Source of the DNA: Saccostrea echinata | Lineage: Eukaryota | Direction of reading: 5' to 3' | DNA: 64,000 nucleotides | Assembly: GCF_033153115.1 (NCBI RefSeq) | Contig: NW_026889805.1 | Coordinates: 16,616,001 to 16,680,000, forward strand | Position numbers and translations under genes: made by a program | Part shown: piece by piece, positions 25,400 through 38,760 of the stretch | How positions within the stretch are numbered: the stretch's first letter is position 1 | How the letters are laid out: every line of letters begins with the position of its first letter | Notes under the pieces: model-generated | What the model saw: only the letters and a program-made list of their open reading frames with translations | Told to the model about the DNA's origin: nothing | The model's database searches: none

Positions 25400-26990
25400 T
25401 CGTCCCCCTCGTGTTCCTATCTCAGTCTGTCTGGTGTTGATCCATGGCGTGGTCTTTTCAGCGGCTGGCGATCAGCTGGGACACCCGAGTTCACAGCGCT
25501 GGCTACTGCGCTACAATAAGATTGTCGTTCCGGTTGAGTAGTTGTATATCTGTCCGGTTTGTATAATCCCCATTGATGTAAAGTCGATCTTTGACTAGCC
25601 TTACGCGCATTCTGTCCTTTTTTGCCTGTCTCAGGACGGGATATAACTTCTTCCTACGTTCCTCGATTTCTGGGGGGAATTGTTCGTTTACCCACACGTT
25701 AGATCCATTGAGTTTCTCGGGGCGCGTGTCCTTATTAATTCCCTCTCCTTGAAATAAGTGAATTTAGCAACAATGTTTCTTGGGTATTCATAATACTCGT
25801 TCCATTTCCCCATGCGGAAAACTCTTTCAAAGGAGATATCATAGTGTAGCATTAGAATTTCCTCTTTATGAATTGTTGTAAGACGGCTTCTGTATCCTCA
25901 CCCTCCTCCTCCTGTATTCCCGTAAACACCGGTCTCAAGACCATAAACTGAGAACAGACTTAAGTCAAAATTTAAAAATCGAAATAACTTTTGAAATAAT
26001 TTTGATTATAAAATAAAATTTTCATCATATGTTTGTATTGTAAGCGTTATGCACACTTGAAAATTTTTAAGCTAATACGTTAAATGAAACTCAAGATATT
26101 AAAAATCAAAATTTTGACTTAAGTCTGTACTCAGTTTATGGTCTTGGGGCCTGATTGTCCCTCATCGACCGGGCCTTCAAATCAGTGACACTTTCTTGCA
26201 GATTTGCGCTGCTTTCTCTCATTTCACTAAGCTTTTTCTGTATATTAGTATCAGAGATTTTCTGTAACTGTGTGTACTTATCAATATCCTTTCTGTTTGT
26301 TGCAACACCATGTTTATTTGCCTTCGCTGTCTCCTTCACTGAACCGAATACGTTCCCTAGAGCACTCACATTGGAATCCAGTTCTTTCAAGTCATTTTTT
26401 ACTGTCTTAACATCGCTGTAGAGCATACTCACATGGGACTTCACAGAACTGACCACATCACTAATTTTATTAAAACAAGGAATTCTCTTTTCAATTTCAC
26501 TCAGCCGAGCCTCAAGACCGTCATTTTTAGCTTCAGTATTTGAAAGTTTTGTGTTCATGTGCGTTTGCATCTGTGACAATTGGACTAACACTGTATGGAT
26601 TGATTCCAATGTAATATTACCATCACCGTCATTGTGTCTTTTACTTGCATCGCCGTAGATAATGGCATGACTTTCGGATACAAGTTTCGCAGTGTCAGTG
26701 ACAGACATAATGCCGATTTCACTTTGTATGCACAAAACACAGAAGAAATAGCACAGATATAAACTGAAATATGTAAGGCTGCATAACAATGTTTATGGAT
26801 GGCTGTGCTGAGTAGGTACTCACCGAACACTTAAACTTTTATTTCTACCAACAGCCTCAAATTTACAGATAAAACACATCAGAAACAAAGGTAGACTCTT
26901 CAGTGTTGTTTAGGTACTTGACTATTTGCACTTAAAAAGTTCATAAGTGATTAAAAGATGACAAAATTGAGAATACACACCGGAGCTAAT
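25400..26990 (-). mobile_element. 5' part of a LINE: L1-like ORF1 (coiled coil, RRM, CTD), disrupted
   Basis: Coiled coil ..DLKARSMRDN.VFTGIQE..ISFERVFRMG..PRNIVAKF..WVNEQFPPEIEERRKKLYP..RLVKDRLYING. Confidence 0.8.
25931..26151. mobile_element. MITE (Harbinger-like termini) interrupting ORF1
   Basis: ~45-bp TIRs caagaccataaactgag.acagacttaagtcaaaattt; ORF1 motif RDN|VFTG is split at this point. Confidence 0.8.
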
Positions 26991-27370
26991 ATGAAACACG
27001 ACCTACCGGTTCGTTGACCCTTGACCTTTTTTCTTCCGACCGGTCACACCCGCCGTGTGCTCCTTGTCATGAACGGAAATATCCGTAGACAATTCAGTGT
27101 GTTAATATGGCCTAACAATTAGTATGAAAAACGACAGCCAGCACGTTTACGTACTTTTTAGAGTTTATTTCACGCATATGTTCCACCCAAATCTCAGTCG
27201 GGACGAGCTCGTTAGTAAACCAGAAGTCTCTGTCGAGACTAGCTTTACTGATTTGTACTTACAACAAAGGAAGAGAAAAGAAGCACTTAAACTTGAAGCT
27301 TTGCAACTGCAATAAATAGAATAATGATCTTTGGTTTAGTCTCTTTGTGGCAAGATTTACTGCAATCAGA

Positions 27371-27483
27371 ATTTTATCGATGTGTAAACTCTTGATATTT
27401 TACTCACAAACTAAATAAAAGTGCGAAGCACTTTTATGTTTAGTTCGTGAGTAAAATGTCAAGAGTTTACACATCGATAAAAT
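27371..27483. repeat. Near-perfect palindrome with GCGAAGC apex
   Basis: ttttatcgatgtgtaaactcttga...gtgc-gaa-gcac...tcaagagtttacacatcgataaaa. Confidence 0.85.
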
Positions 27484-28374
27484 TTTCAAAAAGAACGTTT
27501 AATTCTTATAATTCCAATTACAAAGTTTTAAAATTATTTCTCTTTGAAGCCTCCATTCAATCCGTTATTTCTGTATTCAGCGTAGGAATACTTTATGTCG
27601 CGATGTGGAAATGAAACGTAATCGAGATGAGCATCGATAAAGTTTAACTTAAATTGTCAAAACATTAAATAAAACACACTCATAAAAACTCTCCGAATAT
27701 TGTTTAAGTCAACGAATATCGTAAATACAAGTAGACTTCAGAAGAATTCGTCCTTGACCATTAACGACAAACGCTCTGAAATGAAAGTAGCCCATACCGA
27801 CGACATATTTGATTTGCTCTGGTTTGTTTAAAGACTGTAAAGAATATAGGATGTCTGAGGTACGTTTCTCTTTCCTATCAGCTACCGAGAACTGAGCTGA
27901 TTTGCTTAGCATTAGGAACGACGATAATATCCTATGAGAGATTTAACTCGTGATCTGACAGTGACATAAACATAACATTCCCGTCTGTTAGTCCTGTATG
28001 TCGTCAGTATGTTTTTATTTAATTTAAAGTTTCTGTAATCAAGGATCTAGCTAAAACACTAGAAGTAACGATTTGTTTCATTTTTTTTTTACAATAAAAG
28101 CTACATGTAGGCCAAGAAAGTAGTTCTGGTTGAGAGATTTATCGATGTGTAAACGTTTTCTTGAATTTGTTCTCGTCCAATCAAAACACAGGAAATCAAT
28201 AAATAAAATTAAGATTGGAATTATTTATATATACAGCAACAGTAATATTATAAATAAATAAATAAATACTATGAAAACATTACTTACCGCCTTCTAAATA
28301 ACATTTGTCCTCAAATGTTCAAATTACATCTTGTTGAAAGTGGCCATTTGGCTATTCAGTTTAGCACTTTTCAG

Positions 28375-28815
28375 TTATAATATCTTTTTCTGGAACAGAA
28401 GTTCTAAATGCTTCAGCTCATAAAACTTCGCGTCTGGAGTAATCTCTCGTAGTGTCTTGATGTCATTTGAACGAGCATCCAGTGGCAGGTTACCCTCATT
28501 CCTCAGGTAATCTAAGATCATGGAGAAATTGTTTGGGTTCCTATCTATAAAATATGTGTAAACGTTGTCCACGGTAGGGTTCGATACCTGATGGCTAGAT
28601 CAATCCTTGCTAAGGGCCTGAGGTTTCGTCATCAACGTAGATACTGAGGTTTCAAATCGCCTTCCTCCTATATTTAATATTAATCTCTTCCTCCGTGATT
28701 CTTTGACCTGTTTCATTTTCTCGCCTGCTTTAGGAGTTGCAATATAAATTGGTGGTGATATAACTCTGTTCTCTTTCTGTGCTGGTGAATAGGTTGAATC
28801 TTGCAATTTAATCAA
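28375..28815 (-). pseudogene. Intronless KCTD-type BTB/T1 domain fragment, frameshifted
   Basis: LILNIGGRRFETSVSTL + YFIDRNPNNFSMILDYLR..AKFYEL in two frames. Confidence 0.75.
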
Positions 28816-29849
28816 TTAGTTGTTTATGCAATATTTTGGCGTATCACGATATTACACATTCTCCACTTCCTTCGTCTTTTATTTGCTGTTTCGAGCCATT
28901 CAACGAAAAGGATTCCATCACGGTCTTTGCGACAATAAATATTCACCGAGTCAGTCCCCGTAAACTAATCCCTACAGAAGAATATCTAAATTTTAATGTT
29001 TAGAATAAGTCTGTTGAAACACACAAAAATATATACCGAGGCGTCACTTCCGCCAATGTGACGTTACGTACCGGAAGATAGACGGATCAAGACTATTTGC
29101 AGGCCGTTTACACATTTTTCTTTCTTTAATTTTGTTTTGCAAAATGTTAGATATATTTATTACATTTTATTCTCCATAGTAAAAATATTTTAGGTATAGG
29201 GACTTTTTGTCCCTATTTATAATATTTTAAAAAAAAAATCGTTTGAAGCGATCAAAAGAAAATAAATACCGTCAAAATAATGATTTAAATACTGCCCACT
29301 CGGCGTTAAGAAATAAACACGGAGTGATTTTTTTAGCCGATCAAATGCCTTTTTCTCACAATATAATTTTCTTGAGTGTTTCGTAAAATCTGTGCATAAA
29401 TTGCGACAGAAAACATGTCCAGGGGTGGGTAACATATGTATGCTTAGCTTTACATGATCCCAATTTATCAACAAAATTTCGATACAAATTGTTTAATTGT
29501 CAGGTAATTTCAGGTCCACCCCCTTCCCCCGAAGACAGAAAAACCTGAAATTGAACTACGGACAGGTTTAGGGACGAGGTTAAATAACACATCGCATTTT
29601 CCACGAATGTCAGAGAAACAGGGAAGTGACTACATACTACGGTCCCCTTTGAGAAAATGTCACAGAAAAATATTCTTCTTTTTAGATATAATGACGCATA
29701 TTTAAGCACAGTCTAAAAATATGCGTAATTATTTTTGTGATAATACGTCTGCACCTCCCGGAATAATCCTAGTTGCGCATACGGTTTTCTTTTCAGTAGG
29801 ATTATCACTGTGACGTATATAATAGGTGACGGAGCGTCATTTCTCTCTT

Positions 29850-32806
29850 TCTAATCTAAACGAACTGGTAGCTTCAAATCGTTGTCCAAAAATTTCCAAG
29901 TATTTTGCCCTAAACCGGAAAAAATTTAGTTAGATTTTTTATAGCGCATTTACGTTTAAATCATATTAAGTCATAATTAGTTTAATACTTGACCCGATGG
30001 TGCATATTTTATTCGTATTTTAAGTAAACAATCATTGTAAAATTCCCATCGCCTGTCGCCATTTTGGCTACCTAGCATTATGCACGTGGTCCTACAAACT
30101 TAATGTTAAGAATAAGTTTCCTTCTTAGGCACATTTATAAATGACTTACTACAGTTTACTGTATTTCTAATCTAAACGAATTGGTAGGTTCAAATCACAG
30201 GCTCTTGACGTTTTTAACCTATCTTTCCATAAATAAAAAATCCTACATACTATAATGATAACAAGGTTCGTCACGGTCGCCATCTTGAATTTTTCAGTTC
30301 AGCTACTTCGCCTCGATTTTTAGTCTACAATGTGTTTAAGATTAACGGATACAACCGTTTCTCTCAAGTACTTACTTTAACTATGCCTCCACTTTTGGGC
30401 AATTCAACTCAAATCACATTAAATCCTCTCTAATTCTTAAAATGTCGCTTCAAACTCAGTCTACTGCTACCGATTCCGTAAAACTTGGAAAAGGGAGGCC
30501 GGAAGTTGATGTTATGTAAATGGGAATTCCCTCTACTTAAATTTCATTGGTTAAAAGAAATATGACGTTTCGCTGGAAAAATCATGCAAAGACAGTAACA
30601 AACTTCTTCGACATGTTGAATGCTGAGCAGGCCGATGCTTTCCATAATCATCAGAAATAATATGTGAAATATTTTTTTCTTTTATTTTGTTGAAGAAAAA
30701 ATCATGAGGAAATAAAAATTATGCTTGGTCCTGGAATTCTGGTTACTAATTTCTCGTGTAAACCAGGCCCCTTGCATTCTGGCATAAATATTTCTTCCCT
30801 ATAATGGTACTATTTTCAGTGTTTGGAAGCGATGAAAATTATAAAAAAGAAGGATAGATATGTGTACGTTTTATTTTTCATCACAGTGGTGAGCTGGCCC
30901 AGATCACCAAACTTCCATGTCCCCTCTTTCTACAGGCGCGAAGCTGTATTTGCAAGTACGCAAGTGCGTTGCTACACATCGTTTAAAAAAAAAATCTAGG
31001 TCTGAGAAAGAGAGACAGATTGAGAGAAAAAAAATATTAACATCATCCAGCAAATATTTTTGTTTCAAATTATTGTCATTATTTCGAATCTAATTTTATA
31101 TTATTACGTCTATTTGAAATCTTTTATTGAATCATTGCTAAATCCAAATAAATCATTAATGTATAGTAAGTGTTCTCTAACACATTAATAATTCTATAAG
31201 ACCTTTGAGAAATTCAGTTTAATTATCGTCAAATGGCTTGATCAAATAGTATACTGGCGGATTTAGAGGGGGCAGGGGACCCGCCCCCTCCCTTTCTGTC
31301 CAAAATATACATAAGATTTAATAAAGCAATTTTTTGTGTGTGGCTGTGAGCCCCTACCCTGACCCCAAACTGGTCGCCCCCTCTCTTTTTAAAATTTCTG
31401 GATCCGCCACTGTAGTATATGATTTTAAAATTATTTTTGCTACCAACATTTAAAATACTTATTGCTGGACATTATTAATACATATTATAACAGAGAGCAG
31501 ACGATACAAATGTAGCGGTAAAAGATTCTGCATGCCTCAAGTACATTTACAATAAGTTTCCGAGAAAGTTAAACTTCGTGTTGAAAATAATATTACTGTC
31601 TTGTCTTTCATAAGAAAAGCCAAATACCATGCTATTCCTTGCAAGAATGTGATTGAAATATTTGTACAAGCCAGGAGCTCCCCCCCCCCCCAATCAAGGC
31701 TTCGCCTAAGACCTACGGGTGGCTTCAAAGATTATATTGAGGATTTATTTTTGAGGACCATTTGATTCCGGAGGGGGGACTGGGCTGGCAATTTTTTCCC
31801 AGCTTTATTTCCATGTCAGTGAAGGACAATTAAAATTATTTTAAAAATCTGCCAGACCCCCCCCCCCCTAAATATCAGAATTAAATTTGAAACGCTTTTG
31901 TTTTGACAATATAATTGAATTTTTATTTGGATTTAAGCCCCCTTTACTTTCAGGTGTGTAACTACGCCTCTGTATGTAAAATACAGTGTATTCTATTCAG
32001 CCTACATATTTCAGTGTTTCTTAAATAGCAGTTGAAAAAGTACACAGTTTAGGCTAAATATATATTTATTTGCAAACAGCTGGGGACTATAGATGTATCA
32101 AAGTCTAGAACTGCTCAAGCTCCATTTTCAAACAGCTCTTAATATAACTCTCAAGATATCCACCAATCAGAAAAGGGCTTTCCCGGATTGTGACGTTCTA
32201 ACATCAACTTCCGGCCTTCCTTTTCCAAGTTTTACGGATTCGGTAGCAGTAGACTGAGTTTGAAGCGACATTTTAAGAATTAGAGAGGATTTAATGTGAT
32301 TTGAGTTGAATTGCCCGAAAGTGGAGGCATAGTTAAAGTAAGTACTTGAGGGAAACGGTTGTATCCGTTAATTTTAAACACATTGTAGACTAAAAATCGA
32401 GGCGAAGTAGCTGAACTGAAAAATTCAAGATTGCAACCGTGACGAACCTTGTTATTATTATAGTATGGGGGATTTTTTATTTATGGAAAGAAAGGTTAAA
32501 AACGTCAAGCGTCTGTGGTTCAAATCGTACAAAAATTTCCAAGTATTTTGCCCTAAACCGAAAAAATTAAGTTAGATTTTCATAGCGCATTTACGTTTAA
32601 ATCATATTAAGTCATAATTAGTTTAATACTTGACCCGATGGTGCATATTTTATTCGTATTTTAAGTAAACAATCATTGTAAAATTCCCATCGCCTATCGC
32701 CATTTTGGCTACCTAGCATTATGCACGTGGTCCTACAAACATAATGTTAAGAATAAGTTTCCTTCTTAGGCACATTTATAAATGACTTACTACAGTTTAC
32801 TGTATT
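29850..32806 (+). repeat. 316-bp tandem duplication; second unit split by a TIR element
   Basis: tctaatctaaacga at 29850 and 30166; the rest of unit 2 resumes at 32518-32806. Confidence 0.8.
30196..32517. mobile_element. 2.3-kb non-autonomous DNA transposon with ~320-bp TIRs and 8-bp TSD
   Basis: gttcaaat|CACAG...CTGTG|gttcaaat; 30196-30515 is inverted at 32198-32517; nested small MITEs inside (e.g. ~31255-31412). Confidence 0.85.
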
Positions 32807-32870
32807 ATTATATTCGATTTTTTTGTTTTGGATTTTTCTGAAAATTTTGGCACACGGAAAATTTCGGACA

Positions 32871-34635
32871 ATGCCGAAGGTCAAGTCAAAGGCGGTCGCT
32901 GTTAAGCGGTCTCCAAGGCCGATAGACAAGAAATCTCACAGCACTGAGCGTAGACAGTCCACTACTGAAAGTGAAGAGATGCAAGCAACATCATCCACGT
33001 GATCCCAGCCATTACGACCACACAAATAGTGACTCAGCCCCAGCCTACTCAGATTGCACCCCAAGTTGAAGACCCGGATTGTTCAGTGGTGTTCAGTTGT
33101 ATTAATTCATTTGAAGCACCCCTGCCTAGGTCAGTTGGGTCTACACAGTTTTCACTTGGCTATTATGTTGAGGCCAGTATCAGGCAAAAAAAAAAAAAAA
33201 AATCAAAAATTTGTCAATTCGGGGACATTCCTGATAAGGAACCCGGGTTTCCTCCACCCCTAGCAATAGACCCCAATGGGCAATTAATTTCACAACCCAA
33301 ACAAATGTATAAAATTAAAACAACTGATCGTTGCACTGACGCCTTTATTATTTATATGAGCGTTTATACAGCTGTTCACCTCGAGAAAGTTCAGCAATTT
33401 CTTAAGTATATGCATGACATTAGGCTAGGTGCACAGAGATCACAGGGCTGGCTCACTTATGATGAGCAATACCGTCTAAGGGCATCGATCAATACGACTC
33501 GGGATTGGGGTGTGGTTGATGCAGAGCTCTGGATGCTTTACATGACACCCACTGCACCTCAAATTCAGAACTGAAGAGGGGGTAGAATTCTCAAATGCTT
33601 CGACTATAACTAGAAATGCTCATGTCATAGGCTAAATTGTCCCTATCTTCATAGATGCTTGAAATGTAACAACATCCACCCATCCAACACCTGCCTTGCA
33701 AATTCAACAACAATGCATGACAGTTCATTTCAGACATTTCATTTCTTCTCAAATAAACAAGGTCAAACCCAACAGCCAAATGCTGCTTTCCCAACAAAGT
33801 CCAATAGATATGGTAAACAACAACAAACAACTTTGATCCCTGGGAAGTACCCCAATTATAGCTAATTCACTTTCAGAATATCTCTATGAATATCCGGATA
33901 AGCAATCCGCAAGAATGCTAGATATTGGTTTTAAACAGGGTTTTAAGTTGTTATACAGAGGGTCCATTATTTTGGGTCTTTTCTTTAGGGGAGCTTATAT
34001 TGACAAAATGTTGCCCTTTGGTTGCTCAATATCTTGTAAAATCTTTGACACATTTTCAACATTCCTGGAATGGCTGGTTGGGAAACAATCGGGATTGAAT
34101 ATGGTACATCACTATTTAGATGACTTTTTTTTTGCGGGAAGGGTAGACACTAGTCACTGCCAAATCTTGCTATACATTCCAAAGTCTGAGTGCAGAAATG
34201 GGCATTCCCCTTAATCCAGACAAAGCACAGGACCCCACTACATGCCTAGTATTCTTGGGTTTGGAAATAGATACAGTTAAAATGCGAATCCGAATTCCAT
34301 CCGTTTAAGTCCATGAAATTTCACAAATACTAGAACATAATATTGAAAAAAGAACAATTACCATAACATCTCTTCAGAGCATATAGAGTAGGAAAAATGA
34401 TTTTTTTTTTGTTGCTAAGGCTATTCCAGGTAGTCGAGCTTCTAATAGGCGGTTCTATAATGCTATGATGGGCAGTACAAACCTTATCACCATGTTAATA
34501 TCACCATATGTTATATGAAACTTGACATTCAGATTTGGTTAGAATTTTTAAACAACTTCAATGGGGTAGTTTATTTCCCTGATACTGAATGGAGTTCACA
34601 AGACACCCTCCAGCTTTTCACTGATAGTTCAGGGA
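32871..34635 (+). mobile_element. Truncated DIRS-order (Ngaro-like) retrotransposon: gag-like ORF, deleted RT, start of RNase H
   Basis: DAFIIYMSVY..WLTYDEQYR..W...DAELW (gag-like); LPFGCSISC and HYLDDF (RT); LFTDSSG (RNase H). Confidence 0.8.
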
Positions 34636-34920
34636 TATAGTGGACAATTTTAAGTCGTAACTGAAAACCCAAATCAATCTCACATACGCTTATCAAGTGA
34701 CAATTTACATTTTTTTGCGTTACGAAGTATAGCGAAAAATAATTGTCCTGAGGACATGTAAACGAATACGAAAGTGTGGTGTTATTAAGGTGAAATTGTT
34801 ATGTAGGTTTCAGCCAATGAAATGTCGGTATTGAGAAAACGTGTTCGATTGTATTTACGGGTGGTTAGTAAGAGTTCACTTTCTAGCGCACGCTATCCCG
34901 AGCAAGTCGTGTTTTTGGTC

Positions 34921-35574
34921 ATGGACGCCAGGCAGATACAGGGTGCAATTTCTGAAGAAGTTAATCTAGCTGTGTCTCGTCAACAGTCAGAATTGTTAGA
35001 CAATCTAAAAGATATGATGGACATTCGATTGACGGTATTCCAACAAGACATTCAGCAAATTTCCACGTCTCGAATCAGCAAAATTGAAGAAAATTTGAAT
35101 GAACATTATGTTTTTCGTAAAAAAGGAAATGAGAACCAATATAAGCATGAAGCGAAAGTTCTAACCAAACTGAAAGAGGCCAGGGAGCATTTAAACAGCG
35201 ACGACAGAGTGGAGTCAGCCAAAAGCAGTATCGCTGAAGGTATAGAATTGGTTAAGAATCGTCAAAAAGTTAATAAGATAGCCGATTCGTCGCAGCTCGG
35301 TTGGAGAGTGGTTCAAGAGTACGAAGCCAATCCGATAGCAGACGATTCGGATGATGAGAAGAAGATGTACAAAGCACAGATGAGGGCCGAGAGGAAAGGT
35401 TTCAACGGGAGGGAGCGATCTAGATTTGAACCCTATCAAAAGAAACCGGCAACAGCCACTCGAATGGAGACTGACGAGAAGTCAACGAGCAGTGGAAAAC
35501 CCGGCAGATGTTTTGATTGCGGGGCAAAGGGGCACTGGAGTCGAGATTGCACAAAGAAAGATCAAATAAGATAA
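34921..35574 (+). CDS. Gag-like protein with CCHC zinc knuckle (retrotransposon)
   Basis: Open frame: FRKKGNENQY, KIADSS..GW..V.EY, CFDCGAKGHWSRDC. Confidence 0.8.
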   Translation: MDARQIQGAISEEVNLAVSRQQSELLDNLKDMMDIRLTVFQQDIQQISTSRISKIEENLNEHYVFRKKGNENQYKHEAKVLTKLKEAREHLNSDDRVESAKSSIAEGIELVKNRQKVNKIADSSQLGWRVVQEYEANPIADDSDDEKKMYKAQMRAERKGFNGRERSRFEPYQKKPATATRMETDEKSTSSGKPGRCFDCGAKGHWSRDCTKKDQIR

Positions 35575-35612
35575 GTGAAAACTTCGATGATTTTTTATCT
35601 ATTTCAAAGGAT

Positions 35613-36727
35613 GAGTGCACTTAAGCTATGAGAGTTATGTCCCGGTGTTTTGCGCAAAATAAAATTCCGAAGTTCATAAACTTTATGTTTTATAGGTATT
35701 AAACAATGTCTTGAGAGCAGGTTTTGGTATATTATATTACATGAAAGTATTAAGTAATGCCGAGCGACACTAGCTTTTGAGACGGGGGTCTAACAGTTTT
35801 GTCACATTTCTATTGTTATTCATATGCATACCAGTTTTCAACGACATTGTTTACATCGAGCCGCAACTTGTCCATTGGTCTCATTTGCACAGAATGTGTA
35901 TTTTAATTTAAACTTCAACATATCCAAAGGACAATGTTGGACAAATTGCGGCTCATATCAAATTTTTTGAAAAAGTCTCCAAACTACGGTCGAATTAGCC
36001 ACTAAATTAACAGTTCACCGAGTGTCAACGATTGATATTATAATCACTTTACTCACATGACATTCCACTGTTCGATACGATAAGGCTTTCATTGAACATT
36101 TCATTGTGTTTGTCATTGAAAGTTTCTATTGTGACAGTATCTATCGTACTTCCAACTTCAAACTATGGAAGATTTTTGCGCAAATTTTAATAGGGTTTGA
36201 AGATTATATGTCTCATATTTTACTTTATATTTTTCATTAGGGGTGTTTTGAAAGAATTCTGGTATTGGCAGTGTGATTAGTAAGTACATGTACAGGCTCA
36301 TGTCGCCTCTGTATAATGGTCTGTAGGGCGAGACATCTTCCCCATCTCTAAACACTAGAATCATTATTTGTGCACCATGAAACTACACAATCTCTCTCTT
36401 CTCCATTTAAATTCGCAGTGTTAAAAAAATCATATGTGCTAGTGTTTACATTCCACATCCATGCGATTTTTGAATGTCTCCGCCTATTTGCGGATACCTT
36501 AAATTCGAAAGTGGTCCCGTTCAAATTTCCGGAATTTAAGGCTTGTACATGTTCTTTTCAATGGCATTGTCTGTAATTATAGAAATATATATGACAAAAA
36601 ACTCAAGGAATAAATATCAAAAGAATATGCTTGCACAATAATCATAGATTAATTAAGCGATATATTGTAATGTAAAGCTTAAAATGGGTAGCCGAAAAGG
36701 TTCCAAATGACGTACTAAAGTGCACTC
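35613..36727. mobile_element. TIR element with AT TSD (ISL2EU-like), non-autonomous
   Basis: at|gagtgcactt...aagtgcactc|at; removing it restores pol frame ISKD-SLEHF. Confidence 0.7.
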
Positions 36728-38695
36728 ATTCTTTGGAACATTTTAATGATATAATAAATAAAAAATCTCCAGTTGGTCGCTTAAGATCACACTACGATGA
36801 GTGGGAGAAAATTGGAACAGGTAAAACAGTTTTGGATGTTATAAAGTCAGGTTATAGAATTCCATTCAAAACTAACCCTGTGGCAATTGAATTAAACAAC
36901 AATAGGTCAGCGAGAGATGAACCAGATTTCGTCACAGGTGAGATCAGAAATTTGGTAGAAAAGGGGTGTGTGTGTCACGGGTGTCTGAAAAACCTACAGT
37001 TGTAAATCCTTTGACTGTGGCTAAAAATAGAAAAGGTAAGTCAAGGTTGGTACTTGATTGTAGACATATTAATCCTCATTTACACAAGTTTAAGTTTAGA
37101 TACGAGGATGCTATAACAGCAAAGGAAATGCTTAAAGTCGGAGATTTTATGTTTACTTTTGACCTAAAATCTCAGCTTATCATCATTTAGAAATACACGA
37201 GGAACATTGACAATATTTAGGGTTTTCATGGAAAGAAAATGGAAAAGTTTCTTATTTTGTTTTTAATGTACTACCTTTTGGCATTTCTACAGCAGGGTAC
37301 ATATTTTCTAAAGTTCTTCGAAAACCGGTGAAACGCTTAAGGTCAGAAGGAATAAAGATTATTACATTTTTAGATGACGGTATAGTTGCAGGCAGAAATT
37401 TTGATGAGGCATCAAATGCAAGTAATTCAATAAAACACATTTTTCAAAATTTGGGCTTCTTGTTTGCAGAAGAAAAATGTAATTGGGTTCCAAGTCAAAA
37501 TTGTTTATGGTTAGGTCTGCAGTGGAATACAGAAAGAGGTCAAGTTCACGTCAGTGGTGACAGAATACAACGTTTAAATTCTTGCTTAGATGCCTTACAC
37601 TGCGAAGTACATGTTCTTTATTTTCATGTAAAATTTTTGGCTAAAATTGTTGGTCAAATAATATCTATGAAAGTCGTTTTTGGTGATATTGTTAGAATGA
37701 GAACAAGATTTTTATATTACTGCATGTCAAGCAAAGCTAGCTGGGAAGCTCAGGTAAAAATAACTGCGGAAACTTTGAAAGAAATTGAGTTTTGGCGCAA
37801 AAGTGTGTCAACATTGAACGAAAATGGTTGTTCAATTGATTTGGTAAGCGCATCAGATGTATGCAATTTGTATTTATATTGCGATGCCTCAGATGTAGGC
37901 TTTGGTGGTTATTTTGAAAGTCTGAATGAGAGAAATGAAGATGTTTTTATGGGTAGTGTAGTTGGAAATTGGACAGAAGAAGAGGCGATGCAGAGCTCAA
38001 CATGGAGAGAGCTTGAAACTGTTAACAGGGTTATGAAAAGTAAAGACAGTATCATTGAAAACACAAAGGTAAGCGTAATTTCGGACAGTAAAAACGTTTA
38101 AAAAATTATGCAAGTTGGGAGCAAAACGCCATATTTACAAATTATTGCAAATCAAATATTTGAAACTTGTAGTGAAAACAGTGTTCAGGTTCAAAATGTA
38201 TGGAAGCCTAGAAATGAAAACAAAAGGGCAGATTTTTTAAGCCGTGTAACTGACATGGACGATTGGTCAGTTCACGATGAGGTATTTGACATTTATGAGA
38301 AATTGTGGGGAGTTCATACTGTTGATAGGTTTGCAACTCATTACAATAAAAAATGTTAAAGATTCAATTCAAAATATTGGTGTCCTGGTACAGAGGCAAT
38401 TGACGCTTTTACACAGGTATGGGTAAGTGAAAATAGTTGGTTAGTTCCCCGCCCAGTTTTATACCTAGAGTTATTAACAAAATGGTAGCGGAAAAGGCCT
38501 CAGGTACGTTGATTATTCCAGAGTGGAAGTCATCTCCATATTGACCTTTGATATTTGAGGGAAACTGTTTCAAACATTTTGTTAAATTTTATGATTATTT
38601 GCCTAATGAAAAATTAATAACGCATGGCAAGAGTAACAAATCAGTATTTGCAAAATTTCCTTTGAAATTTAAGATGTTGCTATTGAGGATTTAAT
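36728..38695 (+). pseudogene. RT-RNase H-methyltransferase-like pol, frameshifted
   Basis: RLVLDCR, FDLKS, LPFGIS, FLDDG; CDASDVGFGG, SSTWRELE, NKRADFLSR; DRFA..N...FNS...IDAF...WLVP..GTLIIPEW. Confidence 0.85.
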
Positions 38696-38760
38696 TCTAG
38701 AATTGACAGTCAGTGCACAAGATTATGGATATATTTTAATGGAAATGAATATTTTTTCCA

